NCBI GenBank assembly: GCA_051362555.1
Contig: CM120640.1
Location: forward strand, 11,160,001-11,224,000
Reading direction: 5' to 3'
DNA from: Lingula anatina
Lineage: Eukaryota > Animalia > Brachiopoda
Length of the DNA stretch: 64,000 nt
How positions within the stretch are numbered: the first letter of the stretch is position 1; each line of letters starts with the position of its first letter. Positions 62,601-64,000 of this stretch are shown here, piece by piece. The notes below the pieces were generated by a model. The model ran no database searches. It had not been told where the DNA came from and worked only from the letters and a program-made list of their open reading frames with translations. A program made the position numbers and the translations under genes.

Positions 62601-63225
62601 CCAAATTTATATATACATGTATATACCATAATTTTTTTAAAGATCAGATGCTGTATTTTTGTCTCAAAACATCTGATGATGTGTATCAGCATACCAAAAC
62701 TGAATATCAGTAATCTATAAAATCATAGGTAGCCTCTGTTTGGTAGCAAAAGTTATCACACAGAAAATAAAATTCTTTCAGCCCTACTGTCAACAAATTC
62801 AGTGCCTGAGAGACATGATGTCTGGTTAGCAATGTCCAGTTTGGCCAATACCACTAGTACCACAAACATCCAGGTGTGGACATATGAAAACAATACTTGT
62901 GTCCAAGGAAAGGTAAATAGCCATCACTCATTTGATAAAAACTCATCACACTTTTTAAAAATTTTTGTGGTATAGATTTTATTGAGAAATATATGTTTCT
63001 TTTTAATTTATAACTCAGCATCATTTGTTGTTTCTGTGTTTAAAATACCTAACATAACTGATTTATTGTGATTTGGACATAGTTCATGATTATTTTTACC
63101 ATATTGGATTTATTTCTTCTTGTTTTTCAGAATATTATCTCTAAGTGCCTCCCAATATCATGTATGTATGCTGCCAAGGACCAGATATGGTGTGCAGATG
63201 AAAAGGGAACCATAATAATTTTTAG
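45814..63225 (+). CDS. LRRK1: LRRK1-like leucine-rich repeat ROCO kinase (ANK-LRR-ROC-COR-kinase-WD40); 3' end beyond window
   Basis: Ankyrin exons ~45814-49150; LRRs ~49400-51678; ROC GTPase (GTEKIGKTTL 51879-52005, WDFGGQ 52190-52345, IIGTHLD 53084-53336); COR 53828-57089; kinase (LGRGSFG 57382-57489, IIHRDLKAENVL and DYG 61362-61613); WD40-like exons 62782-63225. Probable 5' UTR exon ends at ~45268. LRRK1 rather than LRRK2 is inferred from the N-terminal ankyrins without an ARM region. Confidence 0.9.
47569..47652. repeat. (AT)n followed by (ATT)n microsatellite
   Basis: Seen directly. Confidence 0.9.
52606..52922 (+). repeat. ~87-bp direct duplication of a LRRK exon end plus splice donor (52606-52693 / 52839-52922)
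   Basis: cttatcaacatacag|gtaagagtgttccag...aagtcttgggtaa occurs twice, with one 4-nt indel. Confidence 0.9.
53541..53768. mobile_element. Diverged MITE sharing family A termini (LRRK intron)
   Basis: ggcttcattcccataga ... gaatggggtct termini and a tagatcgatcta motif; interior differs from other copies. Confidence 0.5.
57988..60611 (+). mobile_element. Helentron/HINE-type family H1 copy 2 (LRRK kinase-domain intron), complete, no nested MITE
   Basis: Starts ttgtaccaccagcg-ttag-cgctggcggtaca, then (ccggctccg)n and the 146-bp array; ends gctggtggtacaat..gaggcggtatcgcctc..ctctag|tttt; reverse complement of copy 1. Confidence 0.88.
58987..60390. repeat. 146-bp monomer tandem array, ~9 units plus one internally deleted unit
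   Basis: tgacctttgacct at 59084, 59230, 59376, 59522, 59668, 59875, 60021, 60167, 60313. Confidence 0.93.
60612..61166 (+). repeat. 321-bp tandem duplication of LRRK intron end, acceptor and partial kinase exon (copy A = 57901-57989 + 60612-60845; copy B = 60846-61166)
   Basis: Apparently identical copies by eye; paired ORFs 60659/60980 are offset by 321; TATA microhomology at the junction. Confidence 0.92.
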
Positions 63226-63289
63226 GTAAGGGATTTTGATTTAGTTAAAAATTTGAAAAGACAGAAAGATTGAGGACTACAAGCAATAA

Positions 63290-64000
63290 TTAGTACCACC
63301 AGCGTCTACGCTGGCGGTACTCATGGTTTTAGTCCCGACCCGTCTCGTACGGCTCCGCCGGCTCCGCCGGCTCCGTAAGCTCCGTTGGCTCCGCAGGGTG
63401 TCGTGGGATACAAGTCACCGTTACCGCTTCTTCTCCTAGACTGCATGGGCCTGTGTGCCCATCTCTTGGATTTAGGTCACATATAATCTCAACTTGAACC
63501 CCTGGGTATTTTTGTCTCAGTCGGTGCATTGCCCTTGGCATGACACTCGTCGAAAGGCACCCTTGTCAAAATCTTTGGAAATTCAATGCTAAATATCTCC
63601 CATACCGAAGGAATTATGGGAAAAATTTCTACAGATGGCTGACCGAAAGTTATATGTGGAGATTTCAAATATGCCCTTGGATTTGACCTTTGACCTTTAT
63701 TTCAAGGTCAAACGGGCCAAAATTTTCTAAAAATGGGAATTTTTTGCAAAAAATTTAATATTTTATGCCGATTTTCAGAAATTTCACAGATCTAACTTAT
63801 AATATTATGGACAGGTGTTACCCTGAGGGTCTTCTGTCATCTTCGTGAGTTTGGGGTCAATTGGTGCATTTTTACGGGAGTAGCGGCCATTAGATGCCGA
63901 CACTGAAAACTCTCTCCAATTCTGGAACTGTTAATGATAGAGACCTCTTGTTTTTTGCATTTTGTAGAGCTTGTCAAGCGCAACACTTGAGGTGTTGTCC
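63290..64000 (+). mobile_element. Diverged H1-subfamily HINE copy 3, truncated by window end
   Basis: agtaccaccagcg-tcta-cgctggcggtact hairpin, ggctccgcc repeats, collinear with 57988-58670 but visibly more diverged. Confidence 0.8.

Overview
AT-rich, intron-rich eukaryotic (invertebrate animal, probably lophotrochozoan) genomic DNA; not prokaryotic, no CRISPR. I assembled eight spliced genes by hand from GT-AG junctions and reading phase. In order: mitochondrial acetyl-CoA acetyltransferase ACAT1 (-, 3' end off the window); mitochondrial EF-Tu TUFM (-), head-to-head with RNase P/MRP subunit POP5 (+); an unnamed surface protein with signal peptide-SUEL-CUB-SUEL-CUB-mucin stalk-hydrophobic tail (+); a small secreted, degenerate F-type lectin (-); RWDD1 (-), head-to-head with TRAPPC3/BET3 (+); and an LRRK1-like ROCO kinase (+, 3' end off the window). 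Introns carry many non-autonomous DNA elements. The main one is a Helentron/HINE-type element (3 copies) with a 146-bp tandem array rich in AGGTCA motifs. Most notable locus: inside the LRRK kinase domain a 321-bp tandem duplication copies a splice acceptor plus most of an exon. One copy is split by the HINE right after a likely branch point, while the other copy preserves the empty insertion site. Exon coordinates were read by eye and may be off by a few nt. All family names come from recalled motifs, not database searches.
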